A stretch of DNA of 64,000 nt from the NCBI GenBank assembly GCA_964562905.1, contig CAZLVG010000001.1, positions 2,297-66,296 on the forward strand, in the 5' to 3' direction. This document shows, one piece after another, positions 37,320 to 47,110 of this stretch. The position numbers and the translations under genes were made by a program. This DNA is from an uncultured Candidatus Saccharibacteria bacterium (GTDB lineage: Bacteria > Patescibacteriota > Andersenbacteria > UBA10190). The notes below the pieces were generated by a model. That model ran no database searches. It was not told the DNA's origin and saw nothing but the letters and a program-made list of their open reading frames with translations. Within the stretch, counting starts at the first letter, position 1. Every line of letters begins with the position of its first letter.

Positions 37320-37868
37320 TCATCTTGTCAAGGGAGGCACCTCGCTGGGCGCTTTCCGCGGTCCAGGCTGCTGGCTAACCGCGTACCAATGCTTGTACAC
37401 ATCAGACTTAACCTTCAAAGGTCCATTAATATGCCGCAGATGCAGCTCCACGTTCTGGCTGCCGGCTGTGTTTAAACCTAAAGAGCCGGTGTTAGTAAGC
37501 AGCCGTTCCATAATGGTTTCGTTCACCGTTATATCTGTAATGTAGTCGTGACGCACCGTAACCATACGCTTATGCAACAGCCCCTCTCTGGACATAACGC
37601 GGCTGTCAGTAACGGCGTAATGCACGAAGAAAGTCAGGTAGAGCGCCGGCACCACCATCAAAACGGCCACCAGAAGTAACAACACGCCCAGCAGCGGGAT
37701 CCAAAAGGACAGCGCTACCGCCGCTCCTGCCAGTAACAACACTGGCAGCCACCAGAAGACAAACAGATACCTGCCGCTTACGCCGAAAGTGCGCAACACT
37801 TTCTCACCCGGCATCAGAAATTTTTTCCAGTACCGTTCGTGCCGTTGGTGGCCCATACGGTAAAGCAT
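37320..37868 (-). CDS. Bacterial PH-domain (bPH_2/YdbS-like) membrane protein
   Basis: Two N-terminal TM helices followed by a PH-like beta domain. Architecture typical of the YdbS/YdbT family. Confidence 0.55.
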   Translation of the reverse strand: MLYRMGHQRHERYWKKFLMPGEKVLRTFGVSGRYLFVFWWLPVLLLAGAAVALSFWIPLLGVLLLLVAVLMVVPALYLTFFVHYAVTDSRVMSREGLLHKRMVTVRHDYITDITVNETIMERLLTNTGSLGLNTAGSQNVELHLRHINGPLKVKSDVYKHWYAVSQQPGPRKAPSEVPPLTR

Positions 37869-37990
37869 ATAAGGCTTACCCCTTCAAGCCAAGGGCGTCC
37901 CGCCGGTCTTAAGCCAGCCTATCTCCGCCTGGACCGGGACACGGGGACAGCCGGAGCGCGAGTCCCACGTATATAACTTTCTTTTTTTGA

Positions 37991-38458
37991 GTGAGGGAGC
38001 ACAATAGAAACATGCCCACCCTGGCTTACAACCGCCGGGCTAAATTTGACTACCACCTCCTGGAAACACTGGAGGGAGGGCTGGCGCTGCTCGGCACTGA
38101 AGTAAAATCGGCTAAAGCCGGCAATCTAAGCCTGCGCGGAGCTTTCGTGACCATACACCATAATGAAGCTTACCTTACCAACGCCACCATACCGCCCTGG
38201 CAGGTAAAAAATACGCCCCGCGGCTACGATCCCGCCCGCCCGCGCAAAGTACTGTTGAAAAGAAGTGAGCTTAAGCACCTTATCGGCAGTAAACAATCAA
38301 AAGGCTTGACAGTTATCCCTATAAGCGTTTATACTAAAGGACCGCGCGTAAAGCTTGAACTGGCACTGGCCCGGGGAAAAAAGAAGCATGACCGCAAACT
38401 GGAGAAAAAGGAAAGAGACATCCGGCGCGAGGTGGCCAGAACGTTGCGCGGAAAATAG
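37991..38458 (+). CDS. smpB: SsrA-binding protein
   Basis: Motif NRRAKFDYHLLETLEGGLALLGTEVKS. Length 155 aa. It lies immediately upstream of the tmRNA. Confidence 0.95.
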   Translation: MREHNRNMPTLAYNRRAKFDYHLLETLEGGLALLGTEVKSAKAGNLSLRGAFVTIHHNEAYLTNATIPPWQVKNTPRGYDPARPRKVLLKRSELKHLIGSKQSKGLTVIPISVYTKGPRVKLELALARGKKKHDRKLEKKERDIRREVARTLRGK

Positions 38459-38859
38459 GGGCGCGTTATGGCCTCGACGGGTTGTTGTTTACCCAATCTG
38501 CGTGCTGTGTGCTGTGAGCCGCTCACATAAATAAAAGGGTTCACCAAAGTTCAAGTGCGAACTTATTTAAGCGGGTGAAGACGGCTTTGGCCCCTTCATT
38601 TGCTACCGCTGCCGCTTAAACACCGGCAGCCATCGCCTCGCTCCTGCCGCCGGGCGCGAGCAGCGGTGCCAGATCAGGCGGATAGGGCGGTTTGGTTTGA
38701 GAGACAAGCTGCCTGACTTAAAGCACATTCTCCTCACGTGCGCCTGAAGTCTTTGCCGGTCTGTTGCTGCCCGCGTACGTAAAACTGCCAGACCGGCTAC
38801 GCGCGTAGATGATTGCGTATCCACATCCCGCACGCGAGTTCAACTCTCGCCGCGTCCAC
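38459..38859 (+). ncRNA. ssrA: tmRNA (ssrA)
   Basis: The 5' end GGGCGCGTTATGGCCTCGACGGG matches the tmRNA 5' consensus. The 3' tRNA-like end has T-arm GCGAG-TTCAACT-CTCGC. Acceptor 3' strand CGCGTCC pairs with 5' GGGCGCG, including the G3:U70 alanine identity pair. Discriminator A is followed by CC. An internal reading frame ends ...FATAAA-TAA, resembling a proteolysis tag. Confidence 0.85.
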
Positions 38860-39416
38860 CGACCTTCGCTCTCCATCTTTGGCGGAGGGTGCCGTCCACA
38901 GCCTCCGAGCTTTAGCAAGGAGCGACGGACGGCTGCAATAATTGCATGCGGCAATATGTTTATGTATTGCGGAATAACAGAAAAGATCAGCAAACAGATA
39001 GCCTGAATAAAAGGCTGCAGCAACATAACCAAGGTGCGTTCCAGCAACAACAGATAGTAGGCCTTGGTACGTCCATTGGTTCTGCGGATTCAGAACAAAG
39101 AAGGAAGCGCTAATCTTCGAAAAATATCTTAGGGGCGGTTCAGGCGCCATGTTCAGGTATAGGCATTTAGCGCCAAAACAGTAACCCCTAGGCTTCGCTT
39201 TCCGTAAGCCAGCGGCTAGTTTTGACAAATCCAGCCCTAAGCCGAATGAAGCTTAAGATGAACGATAACATAACGGAGATACTGGCATTTCCTGGAAAAG
39301 GAGAGTTTTTTCGCTTTGCCTCCCGGTCGGCTTTCCACAGCCTCCCGGCCGGCAGCGCGCGAGATTTTTCAAGCCCGCGACTATAATACCCAGGACATTT
39401 AAGTTACGGTTACTGT

Positions 39417-39917
39417 GTGTTTAAGTTCTGCCCGCGCTGCCGGAGAAAAATACGGAAAAGGCGCGACCGCTACGAATGTGCGAGCTGCGGGTTTTGTCTT
39501 TTTGTTAACCCGCCGGCCGCTGTGGCCGCCATAATTTACGACAACCAAAGACAAGTTCTGCTAACGCGAAGGGCCCGCTCCCCGCGCCGGGGATATTGGG
39601 AACTGCCGGGCGGTTTTGTTAACACCGGCGAATCGGCGGAGGAGGCGCTGCGGCGCGAAGTGCGCGAAGAGCTGGGAATATATTTGAAGTCCAGCCGTTA
39701 TCTGTGCTCCCGCCCTAATGTGTACCGCTACCGGAAAATGACTTACCGCCCGTTGGACCTGTTCTTCACCGCGCCGCTGCCGCCGGCAGCTAACATTGCC
39801 CCAGACCAAAGTGAGGTGTCCCGCTGGCGCTTGTTCCCCCCGCCGGAGGTGCCCTGGTCCAACATAGCCTTTAAATCCTACCGGCCCGTGCTGCGCCGCT
39901 GGTTCCAGCCGTCTTAA
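39417..39917 (+). CDS. NUDIX hydrolase with N-terminal zinc ribbon
   Basis: CPRC...CASCG zinc ribbon, then NUDIX box GGFVNTGESAEEALRREVREELGI. Confidence 0.85.
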   Translation: MFKFCPRCRRKIRKRRDRYECASCGFCLFVNPPAAVAAIIYDNQRQVLLTRRARSPRRGYWELPGGFVNTGESAEEALRREVREELGIYLKSSRYLCSRPNVYRYRKMTYRPLDLFFTAPLPPAANIAPDQSEVSRWRLFPPPEVPWSNIAFKSYRPVLRRWFQPS

Positions 39918-39960
39918 GGGACGCAACCGCGCCTGCACTTCCGCCCCGCCAATACAAATC

Positions 39961-39990
39961 ACGAGTTGCGAATTACGGATTACGAACCAC
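39961..39990. repeat. Dispersed ACGAGTT(A/G)CGAATTACG motif copy (upstream of infC)
   Basis: acgagttgcgaattacggattacgaacc matches the heptad arrays at 3574 and 60723. Confidence 0.6.
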
Positions 39991-39994
39991 AAAT

Positions 39995-40576
39995 TTGCTA
40001 AAAAAGCCAACTTCGGCTATAGTAGCCAACATGCCCAGCAGGCGCAGACGCTTCCGGTCGCGACCCAAACCGCAACCCCAAAAACCTCCCGTTAATCAGG
40101 AGATAAAAGCTCCTGAAGTGAGGCTGGTCGGCCGGGATGGACAGCAACATGGCGTGGTACCTTTAAAAGAAGCGCGCGTTCAGGCGGCCCAACAGGGCAC
40201 GGACCTGGTCATGGTGGCTGAAAAGGCCGATCCCCCGGTAGTGCGTCTTATGGATATAGGCAAGCACATGTACGAAAAAAGAAAGAAACAAGCTAAACAA
40301 AAAACAAAAAGCAAGGGGGGAGATATCAAGGGAATACGTATAGGTTTTCAAATGGGACAGCACGACTGGGAGAACCGTACCAAGCAAGCAGCTAGATTCC
40401 TTGAACAAGGCAATAAAGTCCGCCTGGAGATCCGGCTGCGCGGGAGAGAACGAGGACGGCTTGCCTTAGCTGAGAAAACCATGCAAGAATTCATAGCCGC
40501 CATACCGGCCGGCGCTAAAATTGAGGATACCATCAGCAAATCACCGCGGGGGCTGAATGTCCTTCTGGTCAGATAA
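39995..40576 (+). CDS. infC: Translation initiation factor IF-3
   Basis: Motifs EVRLVGRDGQQHGVVPLKEA...VMVAEKADPPVVRLMD and C-terminal domain IKGIRIGFQMGQHDWENRTKQAARFLEQGNKVRLEIRLRGRE. It has a basic N-terminal extension. The true start may be a non-ATG codon. Confidence 0.85.
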   Translation: MLKKPTSAIVANMPSRRRRFRSRPKPQPQKPPVNQEIKAPEVRLVGRDGQQHGVVPLKEARVQAAQQGTDLVMVAEKADPPVVRLMDIGKHMYEKRKKQAKQKTKSKGGDIKGIRIGFQMGQHDWENRTKQAARFLEQGNKVRLEIRLRGRERGRLALAEKTMQEFIAAIPAGAKIEDTISKSPRGLNVLLVR

Positions 40577-40669
40577 GAGTAAGGAAGCGGTCGCGGCTTT
40601 TCCCCCGACAACCAGTTAATTCAGCCCCATAACCTGGCTTAAAAGATGTCTAACTCCACCGGACTATAA

Positions 40670-40867
40670 ATGATGAAGCAGAAAACTAACCAAGCGGCTC
40701 GCAAGCGTTTTACAATGTCAGCCAGAGGCAAGGCTAAACGCCGTCCCGTGCATCAATCCCACTTTAACGGCAAGGACACGGGGGAAGAAACCCGGCACAA
40801 ACACGTCTCGGCTCCGGTTTCGCCGGCCGACAGGCAGCGTCTTAGAAATCTGCTGCCCTACCAATAA
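40670..40867 (+). CDS. rpmI: 50S ribosomal protein L35
   Basis: 65 aa, basic, with motif KQKTNQAARKRF, in the conserved infC-rpmI-rplT order. Confidence 0.8.
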   Translation: MMKQKTNQAARKRFTMSARGKAKRRPVHQSHFNGKDTGEETRHKHVSAPVSPADRQRLRNLLPYQ

Positions 40868-40894
40868 ATTTTCTTAATCCTTATCGTCAACACC

Positions 40895-41293
40895 ATGCCC
40901 AAAGCCAAAAGAAGCGCGACCAAAAGAGCCCGGCACAAAAAATGGCTTAAGCGAGCCAAGGGGTACCGCGGATCCCGCAGTCGGGTGTTCAAGAGAGCGA
41001 AAGAAGCCGTGCTGAAGGCCGGCCAGCACGCCTACCATGACCGCCGCAAGAAGAAAAGTGTCCAGCGCGGCACCTGGCAGATCCGAATCAACGCCGCCGT
41101 CCGCGAGCACGGTATGTCCTACGCCCGTTTTATCCACGGCTTGCGCCAGGCCGGCATCTCGCTGGACCGGAAAGTCCTGTCCCACCTGGCCGGTCGGCAG
41201 CCAGAGATATTTGCCAGGATAGCAAAAACGGCCAAGAGTGAAACCGAGGGCCGGCCAGAGCCCAGCAGGCGTGCGCCGGCAAAAAGAGGTTGA
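40895..41293 (+). CDS. rplT: 50S ribosomal protein L20
   Basis: Start MPKAKRSATKRARHKKWLKRAKGYRGSRSRVFKRAKEAVLKAGQHAYHDRR and ...WQIRINAAVREHGMSYARFIHGL. Confidence 0.95.
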   Translation: MPKAKRSATKRARHKKWLKRAKGYRGSRSRVFKRAKEAVLKAGQHAYHDRRKKKSVQRGTWQIRINAAVREHGMSYARFIHGLRQAGISLDRKVLSHLAGRQPEIFARIAKTAKSETEGRPEPSRRAPAKRG

Positions 41294-41320
41294 CGGCTTG
41301 CCTGCGAAAAGCCGCTGCTG

Positions 41321-43645
41321 ATGAGCAAAATATTAGTAACCGGCGGAGCAGGATTTCTGGGCAGCCATCTGTGCGACCGGCTAGTACAACGCGGAGATGA
41401 AGTCATATGTGTGGACAACTTTTTCACCGGCCAGAAAAGAAACATCACCCACCTGCTGAAAAACCCTTTGTTCGAGCTTATACGCCACGACATCGTGGAG
41501 CCACTGGCGGTGGAAGTAGACCAGATTTACAACCTGGCCTGTCCGGCCTCGCCGGTACATTACCAGCACAACCCCATCAAAACCATAAAAACTTCCACGG
41601 TGGGCATGGTTAACATGCTGGGGCTGGCCAAGCGCGTGGGAGCTCGGCTGCTGCAGACATCCACCTCGGAAGTTTACGGAAATCCCGCTGTCCACCCCCA
41701 GCCTGAAACGTATTGGGGGAACGTCAATCCTATAGGAACCCGCTCCTGTTACGATGAAGGCAAGCGCGTAGCCGAAACCCTGTGCATGGATTACCACCGG
41801 CAGAACCATGTTGATATTCGCATTGCCCGGATTTTCAATAGCATCTTAGCCAATGAAACAGTCTTACTATTCAACAACAAGCACATTCACACAGAGTCAA
41901 TAGAAAAATACGTCGATTCTCACCTAGCCTCGCGCCTGGATCCGAACCCGCCACGCGTACTGATCCCCACGTTTGATCCCAGATCATGCCGAACCCGCTT
42001 AGCAGAGGCAAGCGCAGTCACCAAACACCGATGCAGAACCGATTGTTATGAACTCTCACTCCGCTACGGCAGAAACGTCAAAGTCACTGGAGATCACAGC
42101 GTGTTCACCCGAGGACAAAACGGAAGGCCCACGGCAATACCAGTACGCCAGCTGAGTGTTGGTGATTACGTAGCCATCCCGGCAAAGCTGCCGGTAGTCG
42201 AGCAAAACCGCCAACGCGTAGAGCTTGGTGAAGCCCTGCTCCGGTCACTACCAGATACCGAATTATGGGACTACGCAGTACGTGCTACAACTCTTCAAAA
42301 AGTCATTACAGAACGGCGAAACGAAATCATAAAAATTATAGAAAAAAGCAGGCGATTTAACGCCGAACGGCAGCGCAATGCTTACACATGCGCCTACAAT
42401 AAATACCGACGAAGATCACTCCTGCCACTCTATGTGCTCAAACGTCTCCGCATTTCAGTACCCAAAGAAGGCAAAATTCGCGTGTACAAATCCGGCGCAC
42501 ACATCTGGCTTCCCGCCACCATCAATGTCACACCCGATCTACTGTGGTTGATCGGCCTTTTCATCGCGGAAGGAACATCTCACTTCCAGAAAGGAAAGAG
42601 CGCGTTTATATCCCTCTGCTCCGACGAGCACCTACTCAAACGAGCACAAAAAATTCTTGAAGCGCTTGGTTGCCATGTTGTGTATCGTCCTGCCTATGAT
42701 AATAAGGGACCGTCTATCTTTGCGCACTCAAAACTTCTGTACTTTCTGTTTGACCACGTCCTAGACATCTTACCCGACAAGCAGTTCCCAGCCTGGATTA
42801 TGCAACTACCACTCTCAAAAATAAAGCACGTCCTAGAAGGATACCGCGAGGGAGACGGCACGCACAGTGGTAAAAAAATAGGCAGCGAACTCTGTTTCAA
42901 CACTACGAGCAAAAACCTGGCAGACCAGTTAACCTATACCCTTCTACGCTTTGGCATTGTCGCTTCAGTTGGCAAGTACAACACTACCTTCAGAAAGCGC
43001 TATGAGAACCGGCGGTTCCCATTTTATAGAATAACTATTTGTGCGCTAGACAATTTCGATATACTCAGTTGGGACAGCAAAGTTCAACAAACCCTCAACG
43101 CCAAAAGAACTGGCGATATCGTGTGGTCAAAAATCAGAAGCATTAAACCAGTCGCCAGATCAGCCTACGTGTACGATTTCACCGTCCCAGGCTCTGAAAA
43201 TTTTATTGCCGGCAATGGGATATTTTGCCACAACACCTACGGTCCCCGTATGCACCCGGCAGACGGCCGCGTCGTCAGTAATTTCATCATGCAAGCTCTG
43301 GAGGAAGCGCCCCTCACGGTTTACGGAGACGGCAGCCACACCCGCTCTTTTTGTTACGTGGATGACATGGTAGAGGCTCTTACAAGGCTCATGGATCAAG
43401 AAAAGGAGACGGGGCCGGTTAATCTGGGTAACCCCGAAGAAACTTCCATGCGGGAGCTGGCCCGCCTAATCATAAAATTGACTCGCAGCCGCTCTCCCAT
43501 CTCCCGTCATCCCCTGCCGGCCGACGATCCCCAAAAACGGCGCCCCGACATAACGAAAGCCGGACAAATTATTAACTGGCGGCCGGGCACTTCCCTAAAG
43601 GCGGGTTTGCAAAAAACTATTGCTTACTTTAAGAGCTTGCCGTAA
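41321..43645 (+). CDS. UDP-glucuronate decarboxylase / UDP-xylose synthase-like extended SDR, interrupted by an in-frame intein (host protein ~309 aa + 465-aa intein)
   Basis: N-extein: [19 protein letters not shown]...YDEGKRVAE...RIARIFN. C-extein: [49 protein letters not shown]. The two exteins are contiguous in UXS/RmlB-like homologs (ARIFNTYGPRM). Confidence 0.85.
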   Translation: MSKILVTGGAGFLGSHLCDRLVQRGDEVICVDNFFTGQKRNITHLLKNPLFELIRHDIVEPLAVEVDQIYNLACPASPVHYQHNPIKTIKTSTVGMVNMLGLAKRVGARLLQTSTSEVYGNPAVHPQPETYWGNVNPIGTRSCYDEGKRVAETLCMDYHRQNHVDIRIARIFNSILANETVLLFNNKHIHTESIEKYVDSHLASRLDPNPPRVLIPTFDPRSCRTRLAEASAVTKHRCRTDCYELSLRYGRNVKVTGDHSVFTRGQNGRPTAIPVRQLSVGDYVAIPAKLPVVEQNRQRVELGEALLRSLPDTELWDYAVRATTLQKVITERRNEIIKIIEKSRRFNAERQRNAYTCAYNKYRRRSLLPLYVLKRLRISVPKEGKIRVYKSGAHIWLPATINVTPDLLWLIGLFIAEGTSHFQKGKSAFISLCSDEHLLKRAQKILEALGCHVVYRPAYDNKGPSIFAHSKLLYFLFDHVLDILPDKQFPAWIMQLPLSKIKHVLEGYREGDGTHSGKKIGSELCFNTTSKNLADQLTYTLLRFGIVASVGKYNTTFRKRYENRRFPFYRITICALDNFDILSWDSKVQQTLNAKRTGDIVWSKIRSIKPVARSAYVYDFTVPGSENFIAGNGIFCHNTYGPRMHPADGRVVSNFIMQALEEAPLTVYGDGSHTRSFCYVDDMVEALTRLMDQEKETGPVNLGNPEETSMRELARLIIKLTRSRSPISRHPLPADDPQKRRPDITKAGQIINWRPGTSLKAGLQKTIAYFKSLP
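41840..43234 (+). mobile_element. Intein with LAGLIDADG homing-endonuclease domain, inserted in the UXS-like gene
   Basis: Block [11 protein letters not shown] (Ser1), block [12 protein letters not shown], two LAGLIDADG motifs ([11 protein letters not shown] and [11 protein letters not shown]), C-terminal blocks [22 protein letters not shown], and +1 Thr. The insertion point lies within the conserved RIFN|TYGPR substrate-binding motif. Confidence 0.85.
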
Positions 43646-43654
43646 TTTCCTGGC

Positions 43655-44179
43655 CTATTTCAGCAAGCAGTCTGGTCCGGGCGGCAACAGCTTCATCTGT
43701 TTACTTTGCGCCAGTATGGCTTGAGTTTTGTTGTCAACCAGCACCAGCCGCACGTTTTCTCCCTGGGATTCAGCCAGCACCTCGCCGTCACAAGGCACCA
43801 TCAGGCTGAAACTACCTGACGAAAGCTGCTCCGGACTTAAGTTGCCTACCTTTAAACTGACTCGGGGCAGCCGCAGCATCAACGCGGACGACTGGCTGCG
43901 GATGGCGGACACGTTCTCAGCCAAGCTGACTGTCACCGGCACCCCGGGCAGCAAGCGGGTAGTAGATGTTTCCAGGACGCCTATCTCGTAAGTAAGCGAG
44001 GCTCCTCTTATGGAAAGACCTCCCACCTGCAAAGCCAACCACACCAACACCAGCAGCGCCGCCACGCTCACGCCCCCTGCCAGGTAATATTTGTTCATAG
44101 TCGCTCCTCTTTTTTCAGCTCTCTTAAAAATGTATACCTTAGGCGTCGCTCGCGCAACCAGGGAGCGTGCACGTTCCAT
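43655..44179 (-). CDS. Hypothetical secreted/membrane-anchored protein
   Basis: N-terminal TM anchor (AALLVLVWLALQVGG). No recognised domain. Confidence 0.4.
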   Translation of the reverse strand: MERARSLVARATPKVYIFKRAEKRGATMNKYYLAGGVSVAALLVLVWLALQVGGLSIRGASLTYEIGVLETSTTRLLPGVPVTVSLAENVSAIRSQSSALMLRLPRVSLKVGNLSPEQLSSGSFSLMVPCDGEVLAESQGENVRLVLVDNKTQAILAQSKQMKLLPPGPDCLLK

Positions 44180-45063
44180 GGCGACTCAAAACGCTTAAAA
44201 AGGCGGCGGATCAGCCTGGCTTTGGGCATGTCCGGCGCTTCCTGCTGCGCCAGCAGGCGGCCTTCTTTGCGCGCCACCGCGAAGAAATCCCGGCGCGTTG
44301 TCCATGACGCCAGTACCATCAGAGTAGGAACCATCATCAGCACGGCGTACGCCGCCAGGTTCACGCCTAATAGTAAATCATACAATCCGTGTAGAAACCA
44401 CGGGATGACGAAGGCCAGAAAATAAAATTTGCGCGGGCGCCATAAATCCAGCGCAGCCCGGGCCAGCCAAGCGCCCATCAGACCTCCGAAACTTACGTGG
44501 GCCAGCGTGGAGACAAGGAACCGCAAAAAGAAAACGAACACCAGCGTGTCGTAACTGCCCGCCGTAAACAGATTGAGGAAATACAGCGTGTTTTCCAGCG
44601 TGGCAAATCCCAGCCCCGCCGCTATACCCACCACCAGTCCGTCAAAAACCTGGTCAATAGACTTGCTGCGGACGATCCACAGCCGCAGTAATACGTACCT
44701 CAAACCCTCTTCCACCATGGCCACCATCAGAAAAGCGCCCACCGCCGGCAACACAATATCCAGCGGGCTGCGCAACGGCGTAATCGCTCCCACAAAATAA
44801 TGGGAGGTGGCCGGCGACAGCTGATGCCACAGCTGCGACAGCCATTTTTCCGCCCGGAAAGCCGGCCAGACCAGCACCAGACCGGCGGCGAAAGCGCCGG
44901 CTACCAGAGTGGCGGGAACGGGCCGGTCACTGCGCCTCAGATACCACAACCAGATGAATAGCGTGGCTGGCAGTAAACTTAGGAGAAAAGCGATGATGCC
45001 TATAGCCAGTCCCGGCGGCAGATAAATAGCGGGAGTCACGCCGTTAAGTATAACACCGGTCAA
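44095..45063 (-). CDS. PrsW-family intramembrane metalloprotease-like protein
   Basis: Polytopic membrane protein with the MVEEGLRY (EExxK/R-type) and GFATLEN motifs characteristic of the PrsW/CAAX protease superfamily. Confidence 0.55.
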   Translation of the reverse strand: MTGVILNGVTPAIYLPPGLAIGIIAFLLSLLPATLFIWLWYLRRSDRPVPATLVAGAFAAGLVLVWPAFRAEKWLSQLWHQLSPATSHYFVGAITPLRSPLDIVLPAVGAFLMVAMVEEGLRYVLLRLWIVRSKSIDQVFDGLVVGIAAGLGFATLENTLYFLNLFTAGSYDTLVFVFFLRFLVSTLAHVSFGGLMGAWLARAALDLWRPRKFYFLAFVIPWFLHGLYDLLLGVNLAAYAVLMMVPTLMVLASWTTRRDFFAVARKEGRLLAQQEAPDMPKARLIRRLFKRFESPWNVHAPWLRERRLRYTFLRELKKEERL

Positions 45064-45183
45064 AATAACCCGCTACGCCACGGCCTAAAAAGCGCCTAAA
45101 AAGCGGCGGCTGTCTTTTTTTCTCCTATACCCTTTTCCCCGCCGCTATTTCCACCCGCCAGGCGGGAATGGTCAACCCAAAAT

Positions 45184-45588
45184 TCAAAGGGAAGACGACT
45201 TAAACACTTCCGGCCGATAGGGTTTCAGCCTGACCACTTTAACCTCTTCCTTGCCCGCGCGTTCAAGTAGACGGCGTACGGTATCGTCATCCGGCTTCTG
45301 GTCGTACCCGAGAGCCAGAACGTCAAACTCCAGTTCCTCTAGGAGACGGTAGGGACGAGGGTTAGGCCACTCGTCACCTAACAAAGCTTTACGCACAACG
45401 GACAGAGCTAATACTTTTTCAAGACGGACCCGTTGCGGCAGTCTTGGTTCTCTCCTTTTCACGTGCCTGATATAACTGTCCCGCGCTACTACCACCGTCA
45501 GGCGGTCTCCCCATGCCAAAGCTTGGCGGAAAAAATAACGGTGGCCCGCGTGCAAGGAGTCAAAAGTCCCGAACACCAGCACCGTCAT
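45184..45588 (-). CDS. Cytidylyltransferase-like nucleotidyltransferase (small, 134 aa)
   Basis: The GTFDSLHAGH (T/HxGH) motif at the N-terminus is typical of the FAD synthetase/CTP-transferase-like family. Confidence 0.6.
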   Translation of the reverse strand: MTVLVFGTFDSLHAGHRYFFRQALAWGDRLTVVVARDSYIRHVKRREPRLPQRVRLEKVLALSVVRKALLGDEWPNPRPYRLLEELEFDVLALGYDQKPDDDTVRRLLERAGKEEVKVVRLKPYRPEVFKSSSL

Positions 45589-45914
45589 TCAGGATTTTTT
45601 CTAAAAACGCGGTCATACGAGGCATAATCACGAGTGAGGTGCCTAGTCCTTTTCAACCTCTGCTCATCAATAGACCGCAGCATTTCTGTATTGATAAGCG
45701 GCGCGCCTTCCTTCACGGTCGCCGGCGGACCGGGATCACGCCGCAGTCTGGTCCACGCATAATTATATACCAGCCAAAGACCTATCCCGGCAAACATGAC
45801 GGCTAACAAATATCTGAAGCGCGAGTCCGCTAATACCAACCACAGGGACGCCCCGGCGTTTTTCACGCGTCCGTACCAGCCGCGTAGCCAGTCTTTATTT
45901 CTAACGTTGTTCAT
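45585..45914 (-). CDS. Hypothetical small membrane protein
   Basis: One TM segment (FRYLLAVMFAGIGLWLVY). It is translationally coupled to neighbours. Confidence 0.4.
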   Translation of the reverse strand: MNNVRNKDWLRGWYGRVKNAGASLWLVLADSRFRYLLAVMFAGIGLWLVYNYAWTRLRRDPGPPATVKEGAPLINTEMLRSIDEQRLKRTRHLTRDYASYDRVFRKNPE

Positions 45915-46470
45915 TTTTCTGTAGATAAAAAACTATTGACATATCCAGATTAAAGTTCTGGCCCTCGCCAGGCCTAATAAGTAAAGAGTCTATTTGCACC
46001 AACCCTTGTATATGCTCCATGGCCTCCAAGTACCGCAGCAGCATGGACGGTCGGGCCGAGGCTGACACTGAGATAGTGAGAGGGAAGATGGGTACACTGT
46101 GGCCTTCTTGATCCTTAAGGTCATGACCTTCCCTGATATTGACCACGTCAATTTCCAGGCCGGTACGTTGCGCCACGCTTTCCACGCGCTCCAGCACCTG
46201 AATAGTGTCCCTATCTTGGGGAACTACCACCGCTAGCCGTTCCAGGGAGCCTTTTTCCCTCTTTATACCCTCTGCCAGCTTTTCCGCGCGTTCTTTCACG
46301 TCCGCCGCCTGCTTAATCTGGGAACGGCTTCTTTGTACCATGGTGGCCATGGCGGCCGCCTTTCTCCACAAGTACGGCTGGACCGCCATCAGGCCGGCCG
46401 CCACCAGGACAGTGACAACCAACACCCGCAGACGCTTCCTTACCCGGGGGCGCAAGTTATTGATCCACAT
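45901..46470 (-). CDS. pilO: PilO-like type IV pilus assembly protein (set 2)
   Basis: N-terminal TM then periplasmic coiled-coil and ferredoxin-like domain. Position after pilM-pilN. Confidence 0.55.
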   Translation of the reverse strand: MWINNLRPRVRKRLRVLVVTVLVAAGLMAVQPYLWRKAAAMATMVQRSRSQIKQAADVKERAEKLAEGIKREKGSLERLAVVVPQDRDTIQVLERVESVAQRTGLEIDVVNIREGHDLKDQEGHSVPIFPLTISVSASARPSMLLRYLEAMEHIQGLVQIDSLLIRPGEGQNFNLDMSIVFYLQKNEQR

Positions 46471-47110
46471 AGTCCTCCTTAAGCGTTAAAGTAAATTCAT
46501 AGGGCGCGTTGACAGGATTCAACAGGTTAGCGCGAGGAGCTTTCACGTCTTTTACCCAGGGCAGCTCGCCAAGCCGTTCTTCAAAAACCACCAGCGAACT
46601 GCGCGCCACAGAGGAACCGGAGAAATAAATGGTATTGCTCTCGCGGTCGGCTTCTAATCTCCCAATGATTATGCCGGACGGAACAATATCCAGCAAGTCG
46701 GGAATAATATCGGACCAAACCAGTCTTTCCCGCCCCAGGGAATCTATAACTTCCAACAAGCTGTTATACCTTTTTACCTCACTTTTCTTTCTGTCGTAAG
46801 CGGCGACCTGCCGCCCCAGTTCAGACTCCGCCGTTCTGTTGGACGTTAAGTTGGCAAAACCCCACAAGCCGACACTGACCGCCGCCGCCAACAACGCCAG
46901 GGACAAGAGTCCGACTGCCACCGCGCGCGCAAAACGAGTCACAGCGTTCAGCGTAACTTCCTGGCGCAAGCTCCAACGCCTAGCGGGAGGCAGCAGGTTC
47001 ATCTGTTTTTGCGCCATAGCGTCAAGGTTAGTCCCCCAAGTTTTCGTCTCTAAGAGCCAGGCCGATGGCCGTAGTAAAATGCATGGCGTCAGCCGTGGAG
47101 ATGTTGGCAC
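46457..47110 (-). CDS. pilN: PilN-like type IV pilus assembly protein (set 2)
   Basis: Short cytoplasmic N-terminus (NLLPPARR motif region), one TM, periplasmic domain. Overlaps pilM and pilO. Confidence 0.6.
   Translation of the reverse strand: MPTSPRLTPCILLRPSAWLLETKTWGTNLDAMAQKQMNLLPPARRWSLRQEVTLNAVTRFARAVAVGLLSLALLAAAVSVGLWGFANLTSNRTAESELGRQVAAYDRKKSEVKRYNSLLEVIDSLGRERLVWSDIIPDLLDIVPSGIIIGRLEADRESNTIYFSGSSVARSSLVVFEERLGELPWVKDVKAPRANLLNPVNAPYEFTLTLKEDYVDQ

Noticed and set aside
38603-39228. ORFs of 76-143 aa overlapping the tmRNA and the downstream spacer
   Set aside because: They overlap a confidently identified structural RNA, have no start context, and show a biased, non-protein-like composition.
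38860-39416. RNase P RNA or SRP RNA in the ssrA-downstream spacer
   Set aside because: The weak resemblance (gaaggaagcgc) to the SRP domain IV motif is insufficient. No P4 or other universally conserved RNase P boxes were found.
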